This document shows, one piece after another, positions 47,491-57,681 of a stretch of DNA of 64,000 nt. Numbering within the stretch: the stretch's first letter is position 1; each line of letters begins with the position of its first letter. A program made the translations under genes and the position numbers. This stretch comes from Candidatus Nanoarchaeia archaeon. Lineage in GTDB: Archaea; Nanobdellota; Nanobdellia; Pacearchaeales; GW2011-AR1. The notes beneath the pieces were generated by a model, which searched no databases, was not told the DNA's origin, and was given only the letters and a program-made list of their open reading frames with translations. Location of the stretch: positions 232,857 through 296,856 of the forward strand of contig JAQTST010000001.1 in assembly GCA_028711165.1 (NCBI GenBank), in the 5' to 3' direction.

Positions 47491-49146
47491 TTATTCCAGC
47501 TTCCTGAAAATTTCTTCCAGACTAATTTCAAATAACGAAACAGGCATTTTTATTTTCCAGTTCTTCAAAATCTTTGGATGAATTTCTCCGAGGAAACCTA
47601 TTGATTTTTCTTTTTTGTCTTCACGAAGTCCGTTCATTAAAAATATTTCAGCAGTTCTGCCCTCGATGAAATAGTTTGGAATTTTGCTTTCTGGCTCTGT
47701 AATTTTTATTTCTACATTCAGCATTCTTGAAAGATATTCGAGAATCTGCCTGACTTCTGTGAAATTTGCAGGAGCAACAGCGAGTGCAAGACTTTCTGTT
47801 TCTTTGTAATTGCTGAAAACTTTTCCGGTCTCAAATATTTTCTGCGGATATTCTGAGTCAACATTTTCTGAAAGAATTTTCATCAGATAGTGGCTTAAAT
47901 CTTTTCTGAGAATTGTATAATCTGTTTTTGATGCCTCAATCTCGACGGCATTTTCTTCCGGCATTGACATTTTTTTGAACTGGTCGCTTTTGCTTGTAAG
48001 ATGATAACTCGAAGTTTCCAAGATGTTTAATCCTGTAAGAATTTCTGCAATTTTTCTCTTTATTATTTCTTTTCCACTTTCTTTTCCGACTGTTGATATC
48101 TCAGGAATTTCGGGAATGAAATTTTCATAACCATAAGCAATTGCTATATCTTCTATCAAATCAACTTCATGAAGCATATCTGTCCTCCACGACGGTATTT
48201 CCACAATTCCTTTATTATAATTGTGCCCCATTTTTTCTATGAATTCTTTAACTTGTTTTTCGTTCAAATTTAACCCTAAAAGAGAATTTGCATTCTGAAT
48301 ATTCAGTTTCATTTTTTCAGGAGTCAAGTCAGGAGTTATTTTCTTTTTGCCTCCTTCTTTAAGTTCCATCTGATAAATTTTACCACCCATATCTGCAAGA
48401 ATTGTCACAATCATATTCAGGCACTTTTGCAAAACTGAGAAATCAAAACCAGAGCATTCGACGAAAACATCTGTGGTTTCTTCTGTTATCTTTCCTGTTT
48501 TCTGGGAATTTATAATCGGAGGCATACTTAAAACATTATTTTCAGCGTCGACAAATATGGGGAATTTTGATTTGCCTGCAAGCAAGTGTGCATATTCTCT
48601 TCCTGTCGGATGTCTCTGAAGAATTTGTAATCCTGACATTTCTCTGTCAGATTCGAGCGGAATGAATTTTATCTTATCTGGTTCAAGAGCTTTGAAAGTT
48701 ATCGGCAATTTTATTTTTTCAAGAGGATAAATTCCTATGGCAAGTTTTTTTCTTTTCCTGCCGACGGTGAAATGCAATTTTTCCTGCACATCAATTATCT
48801 CCTTAATTTTCTCGTCATCGAACTTCAATCCTCTGACAATCGCACAGGCAGTATAAGGACGAATATTTTTTACTGAAGAATCTATTATTACAGAATAATC
48901 TTTTTCTGGTTTGTTAACTTTGTATTCTTTCAAACCTTTTTGTTTTCCCAAGAATGAGAGGAAACTTCTTTTGAATCCCTGATAAGAAAGCAAGTCCGGG
49001 CGATTTGGATTTACATTTATTTCGAAATCTGTATCAGAAACTGACTCGACTGTTGTTCCGAACATTGCAACTTTGTTTTGCATTTTCTCGTCGAGCTTTC
49101 CGATTTCTTTCTCAAATAATTTTTTGTTTATTGATATATTAGCCAT
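47491..49146 (-). CDS. pheT: Phenylalanine--tRNA ligase beta subunit
   Basis: NRPDLLS, SMPPIINS and DLIEDIAIAYGY motifs. Confidence 0.96.
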   Translation of the reverse strand: MANISINKKLFEKEIGKLDEKMQNKVAMFGTTVESVSDTDFEINVNPNRPDLLSYQGFKRSFLSFLGKQKGLKEYKVNKPEKDYSVIIDSSVKNIRPYTACAIVRGLKFDDEKIKEIIDVQEKLHFTVGRKRKKLAIGIYPLEKIKLPITFKALEPDKIKFIPLESDREMSGLQILQRHPTGREYAHLLAGKSKFPIFVDAENNVLSMPPIINSQKTGKITEETTDVFVECSGFDFSVLQKCLNMIVTILADMGGKIYQMELKEGGKKKITPDLTPEKMKLNIQNANSLLGLNLNEKQVKEFIEKMGHNYNKGIVEIPSWRTDMLHEVDLIEDIAIAYGYENFIPEIPEISTVGKESGKEIIKRKIAEILTGLNILETSSYHLTSKSDQFKKMSMPEENAVEIEASKTDYTILRKDLSHYLMKILSENVDSEYPQKIFETGKVFSNYKETESLALAVAPANFTEVRQILEYLSRMLNVEIKITEPESKIPNYFIEGRTAEIFLMNGLREDKKEKSIGFLGEIHPKILKNWKIKMPVSLFEISLEEIFRKLE

Positions 49147-49158
49147 TTTATTTCTTCC

Positions 49159-49276
49159 AAACTTCGCTCGTCAATCCCACCCAACTCAAGCCCTCACTCA
49201 TTGCTATTAATTTCTGCTGGCATTCGTGAAAACTCTCGCCCACCCAATGCGGAAAAAATTTGTACTCGCGAAATTT
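49159..49276. repeat. Family A element with nested family B element between pheS and pheT
   Basis: AAACTTCGC / GCGAAATTT arms; B unit at 49183-49237 splits CCCACCC from GCCCACCC. Confidence 0.88.
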
Positions 49277-49287
49277 AATTTCATTTA

Positions 49288-50793
49288 TCATTTTGTCCAA
49301 AATTTTATCTTTCTTAATTTGTTTAAATTATTCTCATACATCTCACGATAATTTTTTATTCCGTAATAATCCATCACTGTTCTGTCTCCTGGTCCCCACG
49401 CTAATACTGTTATGTTTTCTCCAAAAAGAGGAATGACTACTTCTGGGCGTAAAATTCCTGCTCCTCCGAGTTCGAACCATATCTTTTTCTCGGGATGCCA
49501 TACATCAATCTCGACACTTGGTTCTGTGTAAGCGAAATATGAAGGACGGAATCTTACTTTTTCAAAACCCATCTTCCTGAAGAATTCCTGCAGATAGCCA
49601 AGCAGATTTCTGAAATTTAAATTTGGAGCGACGACAATTCCTTCTGTCTGATTGAATTCAAATCCGTGACTCCAGTCGACTGTTTCATTTCTGAAACATT
49701 TTCCGACGGCAAAGAATTTTGCAGGGATATTTTTTTTATCCAAATTTGCAAGTGTGTGCGCGGATAAAGCAGTTGTATGAGTTCTGAGGACAAGTTTTTT
49801 TGCTTCTTCTTCACTCCATTCATAGCCCCACCCCTTGCTTCCACCAATTCCTTTTTCATGCGCTTCTTTCACTGCTTTCACAATTTTTCTGTCAGACAAT
49901 TCTACTTTTTTATTTATGAAGAATGTATCCTGCATTTCACGGACGGGGTGGTCTTGTGCAGTGAACAATGCGTCAAAAACCCAGAATGAACTTTGCATTA
50001 TATCTCCGCTCATTTCCTGGAATCCCATCTGCGTCCAAATCTTGCGCATATAATCTGTTGCCTGATTTACAAAATGTCTTTTTCCTCCGTTTATCGACGG
50101 CAAAGGAGAAGTCACGTCATATCTTCTGAATTTTTTTCCTCTCCATGCAGATTCTCTTTCAAGAAGTTTTGGTGTCACACCTTCAATTAAATCTCCAACG
50201 CCCCTGTTAGATTTTATAATCTCCTCGCCAAGTTTAGTTATATTTATGCTAATTAATTCTTCCTCTCTAATCTGAACAATGTCTTTTCTTTTCTCCAGAG
50301 ATTTCAAGGAGTACAACTGTTCAGGACTTAGCAAATGATATTCCATCGGGAGCATTTCTATGAATAATTCTTCAAGGGTTTTTCTGGAAATTTCATCTCC
50401 GCTTCCTGTCAGAACCAGTTTTTCATTTTTTATTTCTATCAGCGCCTTTTTTTTCAGAGCGCCGATTGATGCCTTGAACTCTTCAGTTGAAAGTCCGCTT
50501 TGTCTTTGTGCTTCATCTAATTTTAAAATTCTTTTTTCATTCAGCAAATTCAGCAATCTTCTCTCGGGCAATTCTTTTTTTCTGTACAACGCACCATTAA
50601 CTCCCAGCTCGACAGTTTTCTTTCTCTCTTTTGATAAGGTAATCAATTTTTTATTTTCGAGATATTCCAATGCACGAAGAACAGAAGTTTTATCCAGCTT
50701 TGATTGCCTGCAGATTTCATCTATATTTTCTTTTAAGTAAGGAAGAATCTTTCTCTCGTTCGGGCTCAGTGATTCAATGAGTTTCTCGTCCAT
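49288..50793 (-). CDS. pheS: Phenylalanine--tRNA ligase alpha subunit
   Basis: QDHPVREMQDTF, LRTHTT, FRNETVD and YFAYTEPS motifs. Confidence 0.96.
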   Translation of the reverse strand: MDEKLIESLSPNERKILPYLKENIDEICRQSKLDKTSVLRALEYLENKKLITLSKERKKTVELGVNGALYRKKELPERRLLNLLNEKRILKLDEAQRQSGLSTEEFKASIGALKKKALIEIKNEKLVLTGSGDEISRKTLEELFIEMLPMEYHLLSPEQLYSLKSLEKRKDIVQIREEELISINITKLGEEIIKSNRGVGDLIEGVTPKLLERESAWRGKKFRRYDVTSPLPSINGGKRHFVNQATDYMRKIWTQMGFQEMSGDIMQSSFWVFDALFTAQDHPVREMQDTFFINKKVELSDRKIVKAVKEAHEKGIGGSKGWGYEWSEEEAKKLVLRTHTTALSAHTLANLDKKNIPAKFFAVGKCFRNETVDWSHGFEFNQTEGIVVAPNLNFRNLLGYLQEFFRKMGFEKVRFRPSYFAYTEPSVEIDVWHPEKKIWFELGGAGILRPEVVIPLFGENITVLAWGPGDRTVMDYYGIKNYREMYENNLNKLRKIKFWTK

Positions 50794-50834
50794 ATAATTC
50801 CTAAAGAAAACAGATTAAAAAGGTTTTTGTTATC

Positions 50835-50933
50835 TTTTTGAATTCCAATTCCCCACTAATATTTCGACTACGTCGAAAAACCCGCCCGAGAGAATTTTAT
50901 AATAGATTGCCAAAACATTCGTGAATTCAAAAA
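50835..50933. repeat. Divergent family A-like element with internal hairpin
   Basis: TTTTTGAATTC / GAATTCAAAAA arms; CCCC...TTTCGACTACGTCGAAA...CCCGCCCGAG. Confidence 0.55.
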
Positions 50934-50949
50934 ATATTTTTTCTTTATT

Positions 50950-51402
50950 TTACAATTCTCTTATCATATTCGTCGGCATTCCGAGAACTAAATTAAGCGC
51001 TCTCAAATCATAAACATTTCTGTCATTTTTTTTGTCCAGGACGATAATCTCCATTTTCAATTTGTTCTTGCTGCAGATTTTTATATTCTGAGAAACACGG
51101 GCGAGAATCATTGCTTTTTGCTTTCCTTCTGAACTGATTATCTCGTCGAGATTTACTCCTATGATTACATTTTTCTTTTTGGCGAGTTTCGCAAGAACAT
51201 GATTGAATCCTGAATTTCTCTGTTTTTGGAAATCTTTTCTTCCTGCCTGATTTATCAGCAAGACATTAATATCTTCTTTTTCCAAAATCTTTCTGTTCAG
51301 TTCATCGTCGTCAGAAGAGAAAATTATTTTCTTATCTTTATTTTCTTTTATCAGTTTTCTTGCTTTATCAAAGTTATTTTCGTAAATTAAAATCTGCTCC
51401 AT
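50950..51402 (-). CDS. RNase P subunit Rpp30-like protein (short)
   Basis: LNRKILE, GFNHVLAKLAKKKNV and R..YDL.AL...LGM patterns. Confidence 0.75.
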   Translation of the reverse strand: MEQILIYENNFDKARKLIKENKDKKIIFSSDDDELNRKILEKEDINVLLINQAGRKDFQKQRNSGFNHVLAKLAKKKNVIIGVNLDEIISSEGKQKAMILARVSQNIKICSKNKLKMEIIVLDKKNDRNVYDLRALNLVLGMPTNMIREL

Positions 51403-51439
51403 TAGTGAACTAAGAAAAAAGAGTTTTTATTTTTTGGTA

Positions 51440-53695
51440 TTACAATACTTTCTTAAGGTATTCACCTGTGTAGCTTTTTTTACACTTTATCAAATCTTCG
51501 GGGGTTCCTTCAAACAATATTTCTCCGCCTTTATTTCCGCCTTCAGGACCCAAATCAATTACCCAATCAGCGTGTCTGATTACATCTAAATTATGCTCTA
51601 TTACAACTACGGTATTATTATTGTCTGTCAGAGATTTTATTATTTCAAGTAATTTTTTAATATCTGCCATGTGCAACCCCGTGGTTGGTTCGTCCATAAC
51701 ATAAATTTTTCCTTTCTTGTGAAGTTCTGAGGCAAGTTTTATTCTTTGGGCTTCTCCCCCCGATAAAGTACTAAGCGGCTGTCCTACTTCGAGATATTCT
51801 AATCCGACGTCAGTTAATACTTTTAATTTTCTGTTTATTTCCGAATCTTTAAAAAAATCTTTTAATTCGAGAATTGTCATACTCAAAATCTCAGAGATAT
51901 TTTTTCCTTTATATTTTAATTTTAAAACATCTTCTGTATACCTTTTTCCATTACACACGTCACAGGTTACTTTAACCTCGTCGAGGAAACTCATTTCGTA
52001 AGATATTGTTCCGAGCCCTTTGCACTTTGGACAGGCACCTTTTGAATTGAAACTGAATAGCGACGGGTTTGCTTTGGTTGCTTTTGCAAATTCCTTTCTG
52101 ATATTATCAAATATTCCGACGTAAGTTGCAGGATTTGACCTTGACGACCTTCCAATTGCAGACTGGTCGATGACAATAGCATCAGGATTTTCTTTTAAAA
52201 ACAAATCATTAATCAAACTGCTTTTTCCGGAACCAGCAACGCCGGTGATACAGGTTAAAATTCCTATCGGGATTTTTGTTGAAACATTTTTTAGATTATG
52301 AAGAGTTGCATTTTTTATCTCGATAAAATCTTTCCATTCTTTTCTCTTGTCATAAATTTTTGTTTTTTTATTCAGAAATTCTGCAGTCAATCCATCAGAA
52401 TCTTTTAATCCGCTAATCGGCCCAGCGTATACAATCTTTCCTCCTTTTGTTCCTGCATGAGGCCCCACGTCAATTATATATTCTGCTGATTTTATAATAT
52501 CGGGGTCATGTTCGACGATGAAGACACTATTTCCTTTATCTTTTAATTTCTTTAACATTTCAATTAATTTGTTATTATCCCGAGGATGAAGTCCAATAGA
52601 AGGCTCGTCTAATATATACATTAAATCTACCAAATCACAATCCAATTGCCTCGACATTTTTACTCTTTGGCTTTCTCCGCCAGATAATGTTACAACTGCA
52701 CGATTGAGAGACAGATATCCAATTCCTATTTCTATCATATGCGAGAGGATTTGTCTCATCTTTGAAATTATTGGTTTTGCTATTTCCCCTTTTATTGCTG
52801 CCAGATATTTGTCTAATTCTGTTAATTCCATCTCGACAACTTCGGGAATATTTTTTCCGTTAACCTTTACACTTCTTGCTCTTTCATTTATTCGGGAACC
52901 TTTACACGAATCACAATCGGCGTAGATAAAATATTTCTGATATACATTCTTTTTATCTTCGGATGATTCGTCAGATGCTTTACTTATGTAAAGTCTTTCT
53001 AATCTTCGGGCGATTCCTTCAAAGTTTTTAGAATATATTCCTGCACCGTGCCTTTTTTCTATCGGGATTGATCTGGCATGTAACAAATCATTAAGTTCTT
53101 TTTTTGAAAAATCTTCTAATTTTTTATCTACATCGAATAAACCCATCCCCATTATCTCTCTCCAATTCCATCCTTCAACTTTGTAATCCGGATGAGTGAT
53201 TGCACCTTCTCTGATTGTTTTTTCTTTATCAATCAATTTATTTATATCGACGATTATTTTTTTCCCGAGCCCTGTACATTCGGGGCACATTCCTAACGTA
53301 TTATTAAATCCGAAGAGAAAAGAAGGGCCGATAAATTTGTCTCCGCATCTCGAGAATAAAAGTTTTAGATAAGTGTAAAGTTCAGTCGCGGTTCCCAATG
53401 TACTTCTTAATGTTGTTCCCATCCTTTTCTGGTCTATCACAATTGCCGTCGATATATTTTTTATTTCATCGACATCTGGCTTGGAAAGTTTTGGCATTCT
53501 TGCTCTTGCGAAAGACGAAAACGTTTCGATTAACTGCCTTTGAGCTTCAGTGTAAATTGTATCAAAAACCAAAGATGATTTTCCAGAACCAGAAACTCCT
53601 GTAAAAACTACTAACTTATTTTTTGGAATTTCAAGAGAAATATTTTTGAGATTGTGGGTTCTTGCTCCTTTGATTATAATTTTGTCCTGATTCAT
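51440..53695 (-). CDS. UvrA-like ABC ATPase (class II, DrrC-like)
   Basis: Two GxSGSGKS, LSGGE and DEP motifs; 751 aa; no uvrB/uvrC nearby. Confidence 0.88.
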   Translation of the reverse strand: MNQDKIIIKGARTHNLKNISLEIPKNKLVVFTGVSGSGKSSLVFDTIYTEAQRQLIETFSSFARARMPKLSKPDVDEIKNISTAIVIDQKRMGTTLRSTLGTATELYTYLKLLFSRCGDKFIGPSFLFGFNNTLGMCPECTGLGKKIIVDINKLIDKEKTIREGAITHPDYKVEGWNWREIMGMGLFDVDKKLEDFSKKELNDLLHARSIPIEKRHGAGIYSKNFEGIARRLERLYISKASDESSEDKKNVYQKYFIYADCDSCKGSRINERARSVKVNGKNIPEVVEMELTELDKYLAAIKGEIAKPIISKMRQILSHMIEIGIGYLSLNRAVVTLSGGESQRVKMSRQLDCDLVDLMYILDEPSIGLHPRDNNKLIEMLKKLKDKGNSVFIVEHDPDIIKSAEYIIDVGPHAGTKGGKIVYAGPISGLKDSDGLTAEFLNKKTKIYDKRKEWKDFIEIKNATLHNLKNVSTKIPIGILTCITGVAGSGKSSLINDLFLKENPDAIVIDQSAIGRSSRSNPATYVGIFDNIRKEFAKATKANPSLFSFNSKGACPKCKGLGTISYEMSFLDEVKVTCDVCNGKRYTEDVLKLKYKGKNISEILSMTILELKDFFKDSEINRKLKVLTDVGLEYLEVGQPLSTLSGGEAQRIKLASELHKKGKIYVMDEPTTGLHMADIKKLLEIIKSLTDNNNTVVVIEHNLDVIRHADWVIDLGPEGGNKGGEILFEGTPEDLIKCKKSYTGEYLKKVL

Positions 53696-54933
53696 TTGCC
53701 TTCCTCCTTTAATTTCCCATATGCAATTATAAAATTTTTAAGAGCATATGACAATTCAACGAGTTTTTCCATATTTATTATTTTTGGAACGTCTTTTTGC
53801 GTATGGGTTATGTGTTTCATTAAGTAATCTGTTTGGTCTGATGTAATAGCGATTGCAGGTATTTTACTCTGGAAAAAAATCATATGGTCTCCCTGATACC
53901 ATTCTCCGCCCTTAACAATTCCCTTATGCTTCTGAAATATATCATCAGCTTCATTCTGAGTTTTGTTATCACATCCATAAAAAGAATATGCTGTTTTTCC
54001 TTTTTTATAACCGACATCGTCGATGTTTATTGAAAGAACTATTTTCCCAAATTCTTTTTTGTATCTCTTAAAGTAATCCATCTGCCCCCCGACACTGTAA
54101 TTGTCCTCGCCATTAAATGCGATAATTTCTATTTGGTCTTTTATTTTGTAATCTTTAATCATTTCTGCAAGGAGCAATAATACTGCTGTTCCTGAAGCAT
54201 TGTCTGATGCTCCGGGGGTGTCATTATAAGCGTCAATATGTGCGCAGATTACAATTTTTTTTGAACTCTCTCCTTTCTTTGCAATTACATTATTTGCTGT
54301 CGAGGGAATTCTTTTCCCCTCTGCTTTTAAGGTGAATATTTTTCCCGTCTTCAAAGCTATCTTTTTCCCTTCGCTTTCAGTACAATAGACTACGGGAATA
54401 TCAAAATCCCCGTCTTCAATTAATGGGAAAGGATATACTGCTCCTATTGATTCTGGTCTTTTTTCCGTCGCTGTAATTATCGCTGCGGGTTTCTTCTTTT
54501 CTAAAATCTGATATATTTTCTTATGATGCTCTGGATTGTAAAAAATAAAATTTTTTGGCATAAGCTGTTCATTGCATATCTCTCCTTTCATTAATAATAT
54601 CTTTCCTGTAAATGATATTTTTTCGAGTTCTTCAATTGTTGATACTGTTACAAGTTCAGAGGTTACATTGCACCCGAGAGAAAAAGAACTTATGTATACA
54701 TCGAAATTATTCTTGTCACATTTTAAGGAAGATTTTCCGCTCTTAAAATCCAGACATTTAAACGAAGCTGTATCAATTTTATATCCAAAAGACTTTATTG
54801 TTTCAGCAAAGAATTTCGTTGCTTCACGATTTCCCGACGAACCTGTACGCCTGTTTGGTTTTACATTGCAGAATTTATTAATATATTTTTTTGCTTTTAT
54901 TTCATACCCCTTCTGAAGATTATCTTTTTTCAT
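53692..54933 (-). CDS. M28 family peptidase with PA domain
   Basis: AHID, GASDNASG, NGED, NIDD and GDH motifs. Confidence 0.88.
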   Translation of the reverse strand: MKKDNLQKGYEIKAKKYINKFCNVKPNRRTGSSGNREATKFFAETIKSFGYKIDTASFKCLDFKSGKSSLKCDKNNFDVYISSFSLGCNVTSELVTVSTIEELEKISFTGKILLMKGEICNEQLMPKNFIFYNPEHHKKIYQILEKKKPAAIITATEKRPESIGAVYPFPLIEDGDFDIPVVYCTESEGKKIALKTGKIFTLKAEGKRIPSTANNVIAKKGESSKKIVICAHIDAYNDTPGASDNASGTAVLLLLAEMIKDYKIKDQIEIIAFNGEDNYSVGGQMDYFKRYKKEFGKIVLSINIDDVGYKKGKTAYSFYGCDNKTQNEADDIFQKHKGIVKGGEWYQGDHMIFFQSKIPAIAITSDQTDYLMKHITHTQKDVPKIINMEKLVELSYALKNFIIAYGKLKEEGK

Positions 54934-55712
54934 TTGAATTTTTCTTTCAACTTTGTATTTAATCTGTTGTAAAAACCTCCTGATATTTTGTCAGTATAAA
55001 TTGCTTTTTGAGGACATTTGTTATAACAAACAAAACATCCTTTGCATTTGTCCATCAGAAAACTTGGGGTTTTGTTAAATTTAATTGCCTGATACGGACA
55101 TGAGTTATAACAAATTTTACAGCTGTTGCATTTATTTTTATCTACATGGAGAATTCCAAACTGCTTCATTATTTTTTTATTTGACGTCGGAGGAATTATA
55201 ATATCCCAAAAATTCATCTTAACTTTAACTCTTGAAAGTTTTTCCTTCTTTTTTATCTGATTATATTTTTCTTTTATCTCAGAAATAAATTCCCGAAAAT
55301 TTTTCAATTCTTCATTATTCGGTGCGCTGAGATTTGCCAGATTTTTAGCTATAAATGGAGGATAACTTTCCGGCATATGAAGTTTGTGATATGCAATTAC
55401 TTCAAATCCTTTATTTTTTACAACTTTCTCCAAATTTTTTAAGACACGTCCCGGCATCACTCCAAAAGTTGCCAAGAGGAATACTGGTTTGCTGTTCTGT
55501 TTATTTATTGAGTTCAAAAATTCGTAAACCTTTGGGGGAATATTTAGGTAATAAGTTGAAGTTGCAAATCCGACTAAATCGTATTTATTCCAATTTATTT
55601 TTTTCTCTTCGGAGATATCAATTAATTCTACGCCTGAAATCTGCTTTTTAATATATTCACAGGCAATTTTTGTGTTTCCTGTTTCAGAATAATAAAATAA
55701 TCCTATTGTCAT
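54930..55712 (-). CDS. EFR1-type flavodoxin-ferredoxin fusion
   Basis: YYSETGNT plus two CxxCxxCxxxCP motifs. Confidence 0.9.
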   Translation of the reverse strand: MTIGLFYYSETGNTKIACEYIKKQISGVELIDISEEKKINWNKYDLVGFATSTYYLNIPPKVYEFLNSINKQNSKPVFLLATFGVMPGRVLKNLEKVVKNKGFEVIAYHKLHMPESYPPFIAKNLANLSAPNNEELKNFREFISEIKEKYNQIKKKEKLSRVKVKMNFWDIIIPPTSNKKIMKQFGILHVDKNKCNSCKICYNSCPYQAIKFNKTPSFLMDKCKGCFVCYNKCPQKAIYTDKISGGFYNRLNTKLKEKFK

Positions 55713-56239
55713 TTCAAATCCTTTTGGTATTCCTTAATCCAATTTAATTCTCCAATTATCAGATATTGAGGTCTTCTTGCTAAAGCCCGAACATGTTTCT
55801 GAGAACTACAGCCTTGCAGATATTTTTCAAGCTCTTTGTAACAAGCCAGCATTTCATTAAGCCTCTTCTCATATTTTTTAAGGCATTCGATTGCTTCTTT
55901 TTTTGTCAACTGATCCAAATGAGAAGTTGCCAAGTCAATTCTTGATAATGTCTTCTCAGGTTCACTGATGAGTATTTTTATTTTCTCTTTCAGTTTCTTT
56001 TTACCGTCGCTGGTTAATGAATAAACTTTCTGAGAAATATTCTTTTGGGAAACTTTCATCTCACTTTTGATTAGTTTTTCTTTCTCGAGTTTTCTCAGTA
56101 ATTTGTAAACCGAAGACATAGATATCTCTGTCCAATCACGCATAGCCCTGTTTTTTATTTCCTGTTCGATTTTATATGCATGCATTGCTCCTTCTGAAAG
56201 AAGCCCTAAAAGTGCTGTTTCTTTATTTGATATTGTCAT
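55709..56239 (-). CDS. PadR family regulator
   Basis: LLGLL...HAYKI...SSVYKLLRKLE...VYSLTSDGK. Confidence 0.9.
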   Translation of the reverse strand: MTISNKETALLGLLSEGAMHAYKIEQEIKNRAMRDWTEISMSSVYKLLRKLEKEKLIKSEMKVSQKNISQKVYSLTSDGKKKLKEKIKILISEPEKTLSRIDLATSHLDQLTKKEAIECLKKYEKRLNEMLACYKELEKYLQGCSSQKHVRALARRPQYLIIGELNWIKEYQKDLK

Positions 56240-56286
56240 ATTACTATATTGGAATAATATACTATATAAATCTTCTGATTATAAAA

Positions 56287-56979
56287 TTAGAAATCTCCGA
56301 TTATTGTTCCTTTAAACTTTTTGTGTTCAAGCAGTGCATTCAACTGCTTCATGTCTTTTCCTAAAATATAAGTTGTAATTTTTTCTTTCATAATTATCGT
56401 CGATGCTGTCTGGTCGAGGACAAAATGCTGTCCTGGTTTGAATTTTTCTTTTGTTGCCATCTTGTGAAAATCCTTCCAAGAAATTCTAGGAATAAATTTT
56501 GCATCTTTGTGTTTTTTCGGGTTCTTGTCGTGCAAACCAGCAACGTCGGTGAGATTGATAAAAATCGTTTTGAACTCTTTTGCAATCTGCGCTGAAGTTG
56601 AATCTGATGTTTGGTGGGGTTTGTATTCCAGCGCTCCGCAAAACACAACGTCGAATTTTTTTGCATATTTTTTTAATTCTTCCATCTTGTGGGGAATTCC
56701 TCTTTCCTGGTCCTGTTTAAAAAAATAAGACATGAAACGCGCATTCATTCTCGTCGCTGAAATGCCTGCAAAACTCTGGAAAAGTTCATTCATCCCAATT
56801 TCTCTCAGGGCTGAAATATATTTTCTTGCAATGCTCCCGCCTCCGCAGACAATAATAAATTTGTACCTTCTTGTATTTTCAAGAATTGTCTTTCTGAATT
56901 CTTTCAGATATTTCACGTCGATATTATCTGGAATTATCAGACTTCCCCCAAGACTTAAGACTATCACTTCTTTTTTCAT
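56287..56979 (-). CDS. pyrH: UMP kinase
   Basis: VLSLGGS, VCGGGSIARKYI and NLTDVAGL..KNP motifs; start at 56979. Confidence 0.93.
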   Translation of the reverse strand: MKKEVIVLSLGGSLIIPDNIDVKYLKEFRKTILENTRRYKFIIVCGGGSIARKYISALREIGMNELFQSFAGISATRMNARFMSYFFKQDQERGIPHKMEELKKYAKKFDVVFCGALEYKPHQTSDSTSAQIAKEFKTIFINLTDVAGLHDKNPKKHKDAKFIPRISWKDFHKMATKEKFKPGQHFVLDQTASTIIMKEKITTYILGKDMKQLNALLEHKKFKGTIIGDF

Positions 56980-57033
56980 TTGCAATATTCTAATGAAGAC
57001 AAAATTTAAAAAGTTATTGAATACTGTTTTTAT

Positions 57034-57618
57034 ATGCCAGAAAAAAAAGTCAGCCTTGAAGAAGTACTCGTCCAAGTCGGATTGAGAATTGCCAAGCGCG
57101 GGGAAGGCGCACTTTTTGTCGTTGGAGATGTTCCTTATACTTCTCTTGTAAAACAAACTGTCCCGCCGTTCAATGTCATTGATAATCCTAAACTTCTTGA
57201 ATCTCTCGCACTTATAGACGGTGCTGTGATAATTGACAAAAATGGATTTTTGAAAGCTTACGGTGTTATGATAAAAAGCAAAAGGGTTTTGAAAGATCAC
57301 GGGACAAGGCATAGTGCAGCATTGACTGCCGCAACCGAGGGAAACTTTGTTGTTATAATTTCCGAAGAAGACAGAAAAGTAAAAATTTTGAAAGACGGAA
57401 AAATGGTTATGCAGCTTGATGCTCTGCAAAAAAATGTTGAGAAGACAGTGCCACGTATCGTCGGATTTCTTGAGGCTATCGGTGCAGGAACTGTCGGTGC
57501 TATCGGAACAAGCGTTTTAGCTCCAACCTTGGGAATTGCACTTTTGCCGGGAGTAATTGTATTTGGTTCTGCATATTACCTGGTAAAATTATTAGGAAAA
57601 AGATTTGGGGAAAGATAA
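57034..57618 (+). CDS. DAC/DisA_N-domain diadenylate cyclase-like protein with C-terminal hydrophobic segment
   Basis: GALFVVG, IDGAVII, GTRHSAA and ISEED motifs. Confidence 0.82.
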   Translation: MPEKKVSLEEVLVQVGLRIAKRGEGALFVVGDVPYTSLVKQTVPPFNVIDNPKLLESLALIDGAVIIDKNGFLKAYGVMIKSKRVLKDHGTRHSAALTAATEGNFVVIISEEDRKVKILKDGKMVMQLDALQKNVEKTVPRIVGFLEAIGAGTVGAIGTSVLAPTLGIALLPGVIVFGSAYYLVKLLGKRFGER

Positions 57619-57635
57619 TTTATTTTGTTTCCTCT

Positions 57636-57665
57636 ACTCTCGCCCACCCACGACGGAAGAAAGTT
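57636..57665. repeat. Fragment of the B/A composite element
   Basis: ACTCTCGCCCACCCACGACGGAAGAAAGTT matches the right halves at 18641 and 49232. Confidence 0.6.
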
Positions 57666-57681
57666 GTTATCACCTCTTTTT

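Noticed and set aside
56980..57429. Long N-terminal extension of UMP kinase
   Set aside because: Antisense shadow of the DAC gene; the pyrH motif starts at 56979
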